From the NCBI GenBank assembly GCA_964607705.1, contig CAZSLI010000001.1, forward strand, positions 56,193-120,192: a stretch of DNA of 64,000 nucleotides, read 5' to 3'. This DNA comes from an uncultured Eubacteriales bacterium. GTDB lineage: Bacteria > Actinomycetota > Coriobacteriia > Anaerosomatales > PHET01. The notes below the pieces were generated by a model. The model saw only the letters and a list, made by a program, of their open reading frames with translations. It searched no databases and was not told where the DNA came from. The position numbers and the translations under genes were made by a program. Of the stretch, positions 43,621-51,982 are shown in pieces. Numbering within the stretch: position 1 is the first letter of the stretch; each line of letters opens with the position of its first letter.

Positions 43621-44564
43621 GCGGGCGCGACGCCGCAGTGATCCTCATGGGAGCGTTGCTCGGCCTTGGGGTCCCATGGCTGGGCATGCGCATGCTCGAA
43701 CCGTCACTGGCCGAGGGGCCGCGGACCGCCAACTACCGAGGACGATCGGTGTACGCCGGCCTCGGCGTCGTGTGGCTGCTGTGGGCAGGAGCTGCGATCG
43801 TCGGGGGTGTCTTCGGTGCCGACACAGGCGGCGAGCGCACCTCGCTGTTGCCGATACTGACCCTTGCAGGCCCGCTCGCGCTGGTTGCGTTCGCATTGGG
43901 GCTGGTTGACGACGCCTACGGCACCGGAGCATCGCGCGGCTTTCGCGGGCACCTTCGCGCGTTGAGGCACGGCAGGCTCACGACCGGCGGCCTCAAGTTG
44001 TTCGGGATCTCGCTCGCTTCCTACGTCGTCGCCTTCATACTCGCCCAGGCGGCCGGATGGGGAGACAGCGGACTGGGACTGGCTTTGCTCTACGCATTGC
44101 CCGCGGGCGCGGCCATCGCGCTGACCGCGAACTTCGTCAATCTATGCGACCTGCGGCCGGGACGCGCGCTGAAGGTCTACGCCGTTCTCGCGTTGGGCGG
44201 ACTCGTCGCGGTCATCGCGGGTATGGGTAACGTCGCCGATACTCCCGTGACGGAGCGGCTCGTTGATGGCCTCGTGCTGCTGCTGTTTCTCGCGGGCCCG
44301 CTCCTGGCAACATGGCGTTTCGATCTGGGCGAACTCGGCATGCTCGGCGACTCGGGTGCGAACGCCGCTGGTGCCGTGACAGGCCTGCTCATCGTCGCCG
44401 GCCTGCCGTTCTGGGGTGTGCTCATCTACCTCGCGCTAGTTCTTGCACTGAATCTGGCGAGCGAGCGGTTCTCTTTCTCGGGCGTGATCGAGAAGAGCGC
44501 ACTACTGTCACGCATCGACAGCTGGGGCCGCCTGCCCGCCGAAGAATCTTCACGAGACTCGTAA
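43617..44564 (+). CDS. polytopic membrane protein, distantly MraY/WecA (polyprenyl-phosphate sugar-phosphate transferase)-like
   Basis: GLVDDAYG (DDxxx motif) and NFVNLCDLRPG at the position of NxxNxxDGxDG, but the DGxDG part is degenerate. ATGA overlap with the upstream gene. Confidence 0.45.
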   Translation: MSGRDAAVILMGALLGLGVPWLGMRMLEPSLAEGPRTANYRGRSVYAGLGVVWLLWAGAAIVGGVFGADTGGERTSLLPILTLAGPLALVAFALGLVDDAYGTGASRGFRGHLRALRHGRLTTGGLKLFGISLASYVVAFILAQAAGWGDSGLGLALLYALPAGAAIALTANFVNLCDLRPGRALKVYAVLALGGLVAVIAGMGNVADTPVTERLVDGLVLLLFLAGPLLATWRFDLGELGMLGDSGANAAGAVTGLLIVAGLPFWGVLIYLALVLALNLASERFSFSGVIEKSALLSRIDSWGRLPAEESSRDS

Positions 44565-44594
44565 TCAAGTCCGCACGACCTGCACGCCGCCGAG

Positions 44595-44600
44595 TAGAAT
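44595..44600 (+). promoter_or_regulatory. -10 hexamer TAGAAT upstream of pyrG
   Basis: TAGAAT lies 51 nt before ATG 44651 in an 86-nt intergenic region. Confidence 0.4.
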
Positions 44601-44650
44601 CGGCAACGGGGTACGCACGTATCGATCCTCAAGGGAGCTGATAGGGGCAC

Positions 44651-46258
44651 ATGACCAAGCACATCTTCGTGACCGGAGGCGTCGTCTCCTCGCTCGGTAA
44701 GGGCATCACGGCCGCATCACTCGGCCGCTTGCTCAAGTCGCGCGGACTCAAGGTGACCATCCAGAAGCTCGACCCGTATCTGAACGTCGATCCGGGCACG
44801 ATGAGCCCTTTTCAGCACGGTGAGGTCTTCGTCACCGATGACGGGGGAGAGACCGACCTCGACCTGGGGCACTACGAGCGCTTCATCGACGAGTCGCTGT
44901 CTCGCGACTGCAACGTCACAGCGGGCTCGGTCTACCAGACGCTCATCGGCAAGGAGCGCCGCGGCGACTTCCTCGGCGGTACGGTGCAGGTCATCCCGCA
45001 CGTCACCAATGAGATCAAGGACCGCATCAACCGCCTCGCCGAGCAGACGAAGCCAGACGTCATCCTGACCGAGGTCGGCGGTACGGTCGGCGACATCGAG
45101 TCGCTGCCGTTCCTCGAGGCCATCCGGCAGATGCGCAAGGACAAGGGCCGCGAGAATGTCTGCTACATCCACGTGACGCTTGTGCCGTGGATCGGCGCGT
45201 CGAGCGAGCTCAAGACGAAGCCGACGCAGCACTCCGTCAAGGAACTGCGCAGCATCGGCATCACGCCCGACTTCATCGTCTGCCGCAGCGACCGCCCCAT
45301 CGACGCGAGCATCCGGCGCAAGATCGCGCTCTTCTGCGACGTCGACCCCAAGGCCGTCGTCTCCGCCATCGACGCGCCTTCGATCTACCAGGTGCCCGAG
45401 AACCTGCGCGCCCAGCAGCTCGACGAGATGGTCATCGACCGCCTCGAACTCGAGTGCGGCAAGCCGGACATGTCCGAGTGGGACGCGTTCGTGGCGCACT
45501 CGGCATCGCTCTCCGACGAGGTCAACATCGCGCTCGTCGGCAAATACGTCCAACTGCCGGACGCCTACCTCTCGGTCAACGAGGCGCTCGATCATGCAGG
45601 CATCTTCCACAACCACAAGGTGAAGATGCACTGGGTCGACGCCGAGTCGATCACTCCCGAGGAAGTCGACCAGGTCCTTTCAAAGATGGATGGCATCCTC
45701 GTCCCGGGTGGCTTCGGGATCCGTGGTATCGAAGGTAAGATCCGAGCGGCCTGCTACGCCCGCGAGAACAAGGTGCCGTACTTCGGCATCTGCCTCGGCA
45801 TGCAGGTGGCAGTCGCCGAGTTCGCGCGCCACGTCGCAGGTCTCGACGGCGCCAACTCCGCCGAGTTCGATCCGGTGACCGAGCACCCCGTCATCGACCT
45901 CATGCGCGACCAGCACGGAGTCGAAGACATGGGCGGCACCATGCGCCTCGGGGCCTACCCCTGCAAGGTCGTGCCGGGAACCAAGGGTTTCGACGCCTAC
46001 GGCGAAGAGGTCATCTACGAGCGCCATCGCCACCGCTATGAGGTCAACAACGCCTACCGCGACCGACTGACCGAGGCCGGTCTCGTGATCAGCGGCATGA
46101 GCCCTGACGGCAAGCTCGTCGAGATGGTCGAGCTGCCGGACCACCCCTGGTTCCTCGGCAACCAGGGCCACCCCGAGTTCAAGAGCCGACCCACGCGTCC
46201 CGCACCACTGTTCCGCGACTTCATCGGCGCCGCTGTCGCCTTCAAGGATGCGCGCTAG
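44651..46258 (+). CDS. pyrG: CTP synthase
   Basis: [25 protein letters not shown]; glutaminase GICLGMQ; HRHRYEVN. Confidence 0.95.
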   Translation: MTKHIFVTGGVVSSLGKGITAASLGRLLKSRGLKVTIQKLDPYLNVDPGTMSPFQHGEVFVTDDGGETDLDLGHYERFIDESLSRDCNVTAGSVYQTLIGKERRGDFLGGTVQVIPHVTNEIKDRINRLAEQTKPDVILTEVGGTVGDIESLPFLEAIRQMRKDKGRENVCYIHVTLVPWIGASSELKTKPTQHSVKELRSIGITPDFIVCRSDRPIDASIRRKIALFCDVDPKAVVSAIDAPSIYQVPENLRAQQLDEMVIDRLELECGKPDMSEWDAFVAHSASLSDEVNIALVGKYVQLPDAYLSVNEALDHAGIFHNHKVKMHWVDAESITPEEVDQVLSKMDGILVPGGFGIRGIEGKIRAACYARENKVPYFGICLGMQVAVAEFARHVAGLDGANSAEFDPVTEHPVIDLMRDQHGVEDMGGTMRLGAYPCKVVPGTKGFDAYGEEVIYERHRHRYEVNNAYRDRLTEAGLVISGMSPDGKLVEMVELPDHPWFLGNQGHPEFKSRPTRPAPLFRDFIGAAVAFKDAR

Positions 46259-47407
46259 ATGAGCGACGTCCGCGCCGAGTCTGCCGAGGACGCTCGCCTG
46301 CTGGAGACGTTCCTGGAGCTCGTGCGGATCGACAGCCCCTCCCGCGAGGAGCGTGCTGTCGCCGAGTACTGTGCGGCCGCGCTCGCGGCGGCCGGGTGCT
46401 CCGTACGATTCGATGACAGCGCGGCGGTGACCGGCTCGGACACGGGCAACCTCATCGCCGAGCTGCCGGGCTCGTTGCCCGGCGTGCTGCTCCTCTCGGC
46501 CCACATGGACACCGTGGAGCCGGGCAGGGGCGTGGACCCCGTCATACACGAAGGTCTCATCGTGGCGGCCGGCGACACGATTCTTGGAGCCGACGACAAG
46601 GCCGGTCTGGCGACCGCCATCGAGACGGCGCGTCGGCTGACTGAATCAGGAAAGCCTCATCCCACGGTGAAGTTTCTCTTCACCGTCCAGGAAGAGGTGG
46701 GCCTGTGCGGCGCAAAGGCGTTGGACGCCGGCGTCGTCGCCGGCGACCTGTGCCTGGTTCTCGACGCGGACGGACGGCCGGGCGGCATCGTCGTCGCCGC
46801 CCCGACGCACTACACCTTCAAGGCGTCCTTCGAAGGCCGTGCCGCCCATGCGGGCGTGGCGCCGGAGTTGGGCATCTCGGCGATCGCCATGGCGGCTGAT
46901 GCCATCGCAAGGATGCGGATCGGCCGGCTCGACGACCGTTCCACCGCCAACATCGGCACCGTGAGCGGCGGCCGGGCGACGAACGTCATCGCCCAGCAGG
47001 TCGAGATGACAGGCGAGTGCCGGTCGCTCGATCGACAGCGTGTCGAGTCGATCAAGGCCGAAATGGACAGCGCGATGCGCGACGCGGCCGTCAAACACGG
47101 TGGCTCCGTCAACGTCGCCTGGACCCGCGAATACGAGGGATTCGAACTCTCCGAGGACGCCGCTGCAGTGCGGCTGGTCTCGCGTGCGTGCCGCGAGCTA
47201 GGCATGGAGCCCGGCACCTTCAAGACCGGCGGGGGGAGCGACGCCAACGTGATCGCCGCCTACGGAGTCGAGACGGTCGCGCTGTCATGCGGGATGCAGG
47301 GCGTTCACGGAACTAGCGAACAGATCGAGGTCGTCGACCTCGAGCGGCTCACCGCGTTGTGCGTGCGGGTCGCTTACCTGCTCGGCGACCTGGGGGATGC
47401 CGCGTGA
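46259..47407 (+). CDS. M20/M25/M40 family metallopeptidase (peptidase T-like)
   Basis: SAHMDTVEPG, GADDKAGLA, FTVQEEVGLCGA. Confidence 0.8.
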   Translation: MSDVRAESAEDARLLETFLELVRIDSPSREERAVAEYCAAALAAAGCSVRFDDSAAVTGSDTGNLIAELPGSLPGVLLLSAHMDTVEPGRGVDPVIHEGLIVAAGDTILGADDKAGLATAIETARRLTESGKPHPTVKFLFTVQEEVGLCGAKALDAGVVAGDLCLVLDADGRPGGIVVAAPTHYTFKASFEGRAAHAGVAPELGISAIAMAADAIARMRIGRLDDRSTANIGTVSGGRATNVIAQQVEMTGECRSLDRQRVESIKAEMDSAMRDAAVKHGGSVNVAWTREYEGFELSEDAAAVRLVSRACRELGMEPGTFKTGGGSDANVIAAYGVETVALSCGMQGVHGTSEQIEVVDLERLTALCVRVAYLLGDLGDAA

Positions 47408-48495
47408 GGCTCGTCTGGGGCACGGTGTCCTCGGTCGAGCGCGAGGTAGCGGGCGCTCAAGATCTGCGGGTGTCACTCGACGACGGCCGCGAGGGGCGAG
47501 CAGTCAGCTACCCCTCTCTCGCCGGAATCTGCGAAGCCGGCGAACGAGTCTTGCTCAACACGACCGCCGTCGACCTGGCGTTGGGGACGGGCGGAAACCA
47601 CTTCGTCGTGGCCCGGCAGGGCAGCGGAGAGGGCGTCGTGCTCGACGTCCCGAGCCCGGGGCACGTGATGAAGCTTCGCTACACGCCCCTGCAGGTGGAC
47701 GTCATCGCGGTCGAGTCGCAGGAGTCCCCGCATCACGCCGTCATGCGACGGGTCGAGTCGCTCCTCGGCATGCCGGTGGTCTGCTGCGGGCTCCACAGTC
47801 AAGTCCCCCTGGTCGCCGCCGCGATCAAGCGCGCCGACTCGACTTTGCGAGTGGCCTACTGCATGACCGATGACGCCGCTCTGCCGATCGCCCTGTCCGA
47901 CGTGGTTCGCGCTTGCGCCGACGAGGGTCTCCTCGACACGACGGTGACCTGCGGACAGGCGTTCGGCGGCGACTTGGAGGCGGTGAACCTCCACTCGGGG
48001 CTGCTCGCCGCGCGCCACGTCGCCCAAGCCGACGTGGCGATCGTTGCGCTCGGTCCGGGGGTTGTGGGGACCGCGACGCCGTTCGGACATGGCGGGATCG
48101 CACAGGGAGAGGCCGTCAACGCGGCAAGCGTTCTCGGCGGGGTTCCGGTGGTCTGCCTCAGGGTCTCCTTCGCCGATGCCCGCGAGCGCCATCGAGGGGT
48201 GAGTCACCACACGCTCGCTGCGCTCACCAAAGTCGCCTTGGCGCCTGCTCACGTGGCGATTCCGTCACTTCCAGAAGAATTTTCCGATGCAATAGAGGAA
48301 CAGCTCGATGCAGCGGGTGTCGCGGAGCGTCACAGGCTGTACGTGTCGGCGGAAGGCAGGGTGGCGCCGCCCCCGCTATGTGGGGTGCGAGTCACCACCA
48401 TGGGCCGTTCGCTCGCCGATGACCCCGCCTTCTTCGCGGCTGCGTTCGCAGCGGGAGATATTGCATCACAAGTCGCCCTTGGGACGCTCAAGTAG
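47404..48495 (+). CDS. DUF3866 family protein
   Basis: VRLVWGTVSSV...VSYPSLAGICEAGERVLLNTTAVDLALGTGGNHFVVA resembles DUF3866 as I remember it. A coupled GTG (GTGA) at 47404 is preferred over 47359. Confidence 0.6.
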   Translation: MRLVWGTVSSVEREVAGAQDLRVSLDDGREGRAVSYPSLAGICEAGERVLLNTTAVDLALGTGGNHFVVARQGSGEGVVLDVPSPGHVMKLRYTPLQVDVIAVESQESPHHAVMRRVESLLGMPVVCCGLHSQVPLVAAAIKRADSTLRVAYCMTDDAALPIALSDVVRACADEGLLDTTVTCGQAFGGDLEAVNLHSGLLAARHVAQADVAIVALGPGVVGTATPFGHGGIAQGEAVNAASVLGGVPVVCLRVSFADARERHRGVSHHTLAALTKVALAPAHVAIPSLPEEFSDAIEEQLDAAGVAERHRLYVSAEGRVAPPPLCGVRVTTMGRSLADDPAFFAAAFAAGDIASQVALGTLK

Positions 48496-48527
48496 CGTCA
48501 TCTCTATGCAATACTCACTCGGCATCA

Positions 48528-48568
48528 TGCAATCCGGGCATTGCAGAGCGCTGCACGAGCGCTACACT
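48528..48568 (+). promoter_or_regulatory. candidate operator (TGCAAT-N6-ATTGCA) overlapping the -35 of an ald promoter
   Basis: The perfect inverted repeat is at 48528-48545, with a third ATGCAATA copy at 48506-48513. TTGCAG (48541-48546), a 16-nt spacer and TACACT (48563-48568) form a plausible promoter. This is a low-GC island. Confidence 0.35.
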
Positions 48569-48658
48569 GTGTGAGGTTTTCACCACCGCAGCGCCGCAGG
48601 TCGCGGCGCATCATCGCTGGCCGCCACAGAGCGTGCTGAGACGCGAAGGGAGCAACTC

Positions 48659-49774
48659 GTGATCGTCGGAGTGCCCAAGGAGATCAAGAACAACGAGTTT
48701 CGGGTCGGACTGACACCCGGCGGCGTAGCCGAGTTCGTCGCGCACGGCCATTCCGTCCTCGTCGAGAAGTCGGCAGGCGAGGGCTCGTCCTTCACCGACG
48801 CCGAGTACGCCGCTGCCGGTGCCGAGCTGGTCGACACCGCCGATGAGGTCTTTGCCCGCGCTGAGATGATCGTCAAGGTCAAGGAGCCGCAGGCCGTCGA
48901 GATCGCGCGCCTCCGTCCGGGCCAGATCCTCTACACCTACCTCCACCTCGCTCCCGACCTGCCCCAGACCGAGGGTCTCGTGAAGTCCGGCGCTGTCTGC
49001 ATCGCGTACGAGACGGTCGAGCTCCCGAACCGCTCGCTTCCGCTGCTCGCCCCGATGTCCGAAGTGGCCGGCCGTATGGCCGCTCAGGTGGGTGCCGCTT
49101 ACCTGCAGAAGCCCAATGGCGGCCGTGGCGTGCTCATGGGCGGCGTCCCCGGCGTCGCGCCCGCGAACGTGCTCGTCCTCGGCGGCGGCGTCGTGGGCAC
49201 CAACGCGGCGTACGTCGCTATGGGAATGGGCGCCCGCGTGACGATCGCGGACGTGAACCTCGATCGCCTCCGCTACCTGGACGAGATCTGGGGCAACCGC
49301 ATCACCACCATGTACTCCAGCAAGCACAACGTCGCCGAGGCCGTGAAGAGTGCGGATCTCGTCATCGGCGCGGTCCTGCTTCCGGGCGCGAAGACCCCCT
49401 TCCTCATCACCAAGGACATGCTGCCGACGATGAAGAAGGGCGCCGTGCTCGTCGACGTCTCCGTCGACCAGGGTGGTTGCATCGAGACCACGCACGCGAC
49501 GACGCACGCCGACCCGATCTACTTTGTGGACGACGTTCTGCACTACGGCGTGGCCAACATGCCGGGTGCTGTCCCCAACACCTCCACGCTCGCGCTGACG
49601 AACGCCACGCTGCGCTACGGCCTGGCGATCGCCGATAAGGGCTGGAAGAAGGCCGTGTCGGACGACGCTGCGCTCGCCAAGGGCGTCAACGTGGTTGACG
49701 GCAAGGTCGTCTACAAAGAGGTGGCCGACGTCCACGGTATGGAGTTCACGCCGCTGGAGTCCGTGCTCGCCTAG
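48659..49774 (+). CDS. ald: alanine dehydrogenase
   Basis: [23 protein letters not shown] and [14 protein letters not shown] (NAD-binding). GTG start after GAAGGGAG. Confidence 0.9.
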   Translation: MIVGVPKEIKNNEFRVGLTPGGVAEFVAHGHSVLVEKSAGEGSSFTDAEYAAAGAELVDTADEVFARAEMIVKVKEPQAVEIARLRPGQILYTYLHLAPDLPQTEGLVKSGAVCIAYETVELPNRSLPLLAPMSEVAGRMAAQVGAAYLQKPNGGRGVLMGGVPGVAPANVLVLGGGVVGTNAAYVAMGMGARVTIADVNLDRLRYLDEIWGNRITTMYSSKHNVAEAVKSADLVIGAVLLPGAKTPFLITKDMLPTMKKGAVLVDVSVDQGGCIETTHATTHADPIYFVDDVLHYGVANMPGAVPNTSTLALTNATLRYGLAIADKGWKKAVSDDAALAKGVNVVDGKVVYKEVADVHGMEFTPLESVLA

Positions 49775-49796
49775 TCCCACGCTGACAGCGTCATCG

Positions 49797-49833
49797 AGCG
49801 GCCGTCTCCTTCGGGGGGTGGCCGCTTTCGTTA
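49797..49833 (+). terminator. rho-independent terminator after ald
   Basis: AGCGGCC...GGCCGCT stem with inner CTCC/GGGG pairing, followed by TTTCGTT. Confidence 0.6.
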
Positions 49834-49845
49834 TCATCGGAGCCG

Positions 49846-50751
49846 ATGAAGACTCTTGTCGCCGAATACCTGGGACACTTGGCCGTCGAGCGCGGAGCGT
49901 CTCCCAATACCCTCGCCGCCTACGAGCGCGACCTCAACGAGTATGCCGACTTCCTCGCGGCTCGTGGTATCACCGGTCCGGATGCGATCCAGCGCGACGA
50001 CGTCGCCGTCTTCATCGGAGCGCTGAGGGAGCGAGGTCTCGCTCCGAGTTCCGTCGAACGCAAAGTCGCTGCGGTCAAGGGCCTGCACAAGTTCCTCGTG
50101 CGAGAGAACATCACGTCAAACCACCCCACGGCTCAGTTGCCTCTGCCTAAAGTCCCCGAACGCTTGCCGGACGTGATCTCCATCGAGCAGATCGAGAAGC
50201 TCCTGGGCCAGCCGTTCCCCGACGGGCCGCTCGGTCTTCGTGACAGGGCGCTGCTCGAGACGCTCTATGGCTGCGGTCTGCGGGTGAGCGAGGTGGTGGG
50301 TTTGGACACCGCCGATCTCGATCTTGCCGAGGGCTTCCTCAGAGTCTTCGGCAAGGGGAGCAAGGAGAGGCTCGTGCCCGTCGGAGGCGTCGCCGCACGC
50401 GTGTTGGACGCTTATCTGACTAGCAGCCGACCCCTACTCAGGCCCAAGCGGGGGGTCGGGCCGGCGGATTCAGCCGTCTTCTTGGGGTCTCGCGGCCGGC
50501 GCATGTCTCGGCAGGCCGTCTTCAGGATCGTGCGCGACCACGGCGCTCGCGTGGGCATCGAGGGGTTGCACCCGCACACCCTCCGGCATTCCTTCGCAAC
50601 CCACATGCTGGAGGGCGGAGCGGACCTCCGTGCCTTGCAGGAGATGCTCGGCCATGCAGATATTTCCACGACTCAGGTCTACACCCACGTAGACCGCCGC
50701 CATATAAGGGAAGAATATCTAACGACGCATCCTCGCGCTCGCCTCCGATAG
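49846..50751 (+). CDS. xerD: site-specific tyrosine recombinase XerD
   Basis: LAVERGASPNTLAAYERDL. Catalytic GLRVSE (R), HTLRHSFATHML (HxxR) and GHADISTTQVYTHV (Y). Confidence 0.8.
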   Translation: MKTLVAEYLGHLAVERGASPNTLAAYERDLNEYADFLAARGITGPDAIQRDDVAVFIGALRERGLAPSSVERKVAAVKGLHKFLVRENITSNHPTAQLPLPKVPERLPDVISIEQIEKLLGQPFPDGPLGLRDRALLETLYGCGLRVSEVVGLDTADLDLAEGFLRVFGKGSKERLVPVGGVAARVLDAYLTSSRPLLRPKRGVGPADSAVFLGSRGRRMSRQAVFRIVRDHGARVGIEGLHPHTLRHSFATHMLEGGADLRALQEMLGHADISTTQVYTHVDRRHIREEYLTTHPRARLR

Positions 50752-50799
50752 GGCTGGCAGGGGCTGCAAGTTCGCCCGCCCTCGCGCCTCCAAGTGGTC

Positions 50800-50805
50800 T
50801 AGAAT
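50800..50805 (+). promoter_or_regulatory. -10 hexamer TAGAAT upstream of the BMP/ABC operon
   Basis: TAGAAT lies 46 nt before GTG 50851. Confidence 0.4.
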
Positions 50806-50850
50806 GAATACCGAGGGCAAGTCCGTGAATACCCGAGGAGGGAGATCTAC

Positions 50851-51915
50851 GTGAGAACGAAGTTGAGCAAGCTTCTGGTTCTGATGCTCGCGCTCGTCAT
50901 GATCGGATCGCTCGTGGTCGGCTGTCAGAACAAGCCGGCCGAGGACACCTCGAAGTCCGAGGCCCCGAAGACCGACGTCAAGGCCGCCATGGTCACCGAC
51001 GTCGGAGGTCTCGGCGACAAGTCGTTCAACGACCTCTCCTACGCCGGTCTGCAGCGCGCCGAGAAAGAGCTCGGCGTGAAGATCGAGGTTCTCGAGTCCA
51101 AGGAGCAGACGGACTACGAGAACAACATCACCCAGTTGGCGAACTCGGGCTACAACCCCATTTTCGCCGTCGGTTTCCTGATGACCGACACGGTCATCAA
51201 GCTCGCGCCGCAGTATCCCGACATCAACTTCGGCGGCATCGACATCTTCTTCGACAAGCCTGATGCCAACGTTCTCGGCCTCAACTTCAAGGAGCAGGAA
51301 GCCGCCTACCTCGCCGGCGTGGTCGCAGGCATGATGACCACCAAGACGGACCTGGATCCGCGCATCAACGACAAGAAGGTCGTCGGATTCGTGGGTGGCA
51401 TGGAGATCCCGGCAGTCCAGCGCTTCAAGATCGGCTTCGAGGCCGGCGTGAAGTCCGTCGACCCGGCGATCGAGGTCAAGAGCGTCTACACCGGTACCTT
51501 CACGGACCAGCAGAAGGGCGCCGAAGCGGCCAAGGCCATGATCGAGAGTGGTGCGGACGTCATCTTCGCCGCCGCCGGTCAGACCGGTAACGGCTCGTTC
51601 AGCGCGTGCCAGGACAACAAGGCGCTGTTCATCGGCGTCGACGCTGACCAGTACAACACGCTCGACAACCCCGGCGACACCATCGTCACCTCGGCCGTCA
51701 AGCGCGTTGACAACGCCGTGTTCGACACCGTCAAGGCTGCGGTCGACGGCAACCTCAAGGGCGGGGAGAACAAGGTCTTCGGCCTCGCCGAGGACGGCGT
51801 GGGTCTTGCCCCCTGGCATGACTGGGACAGCAAGATGCCGCAGGACATCAAGGATGCCGTAGACAAGGCCACCGCGGACATCAAGTCCGGCGCCGTCACG
51901 GTTCCTGCCGAGTAA
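50851..51915 (+). CDS. BMP-family (PnrA/Med-like) ABC transporter substrate-binding lipoprotein
   Basis: Lipobox LVVGC. MVTDVGGLGDKSFNDLSYAG and GVDADQ motifs are typical of basic membrane protein (nucleoside-binding) SBPs. Confidence 0.85.
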   Translation: MRTKLSKLLVLMLALVMIGSLVVGCQNKPAEDTSKSEAPKTDVKAAMVTDVGGLGDKSFNDLSYAGLQRAEKELGVKIEVLESKEQTDYENNITQLANSGYNPIFAVGFLMTDTVIKLAPQYPDINFGGIDIFFDKPDANVLGLNFKEQEAAYLAGVVAGMMTTKTDLDPRINDKKVVGFVGGMEIPAVQRFKIGFEAGVKSVDPAIEVKSVYTGTFTDQQKGAEAAKAMIESGADVIFAAAGQTGNGSFSACQDNKALFIGVDADQYNTLDNPGDTIVTSAVKRVDNAVFDTVKAAVDGNLKGGENKVFGLAEDGVGLAPWHDWDSKMPQDIKDAVDKATADIKSGAVTVPAE

Positions 51916-51930
51916 CAGCTGAGTACGCGA

Positions 51931-51961
51931 GAGGAGGGGCGGGCTCGCCCCGTCCCTCCTC
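51931..51961 (+). terminator. intercistronic stem-loop between the SBP and ATPase genes (partial terminator/mRNA stabiliser)
   Basis: A 13-bp stem, GAGGAGGGGCGGG-CTCGC-CCCGTCCCTCCTC, with one G-U pair. No U-tract. Confidence 0.45.
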
Positions 51962-51982
51962 CGACGCGCGACGGGAGCTCTC

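Noticed and set aside
49846-50751. A tyrosine recombinase, considered as a possible marker of an integrated mobile element.
   Set aside because: The sequence and its context (downstream of pyrG, as in other Actinobacteria) fit the chromosomal dimer-resolution enzyme XerD. There are no flanking direct repeats, tRNA, excisionase or phage/plasmid genes.
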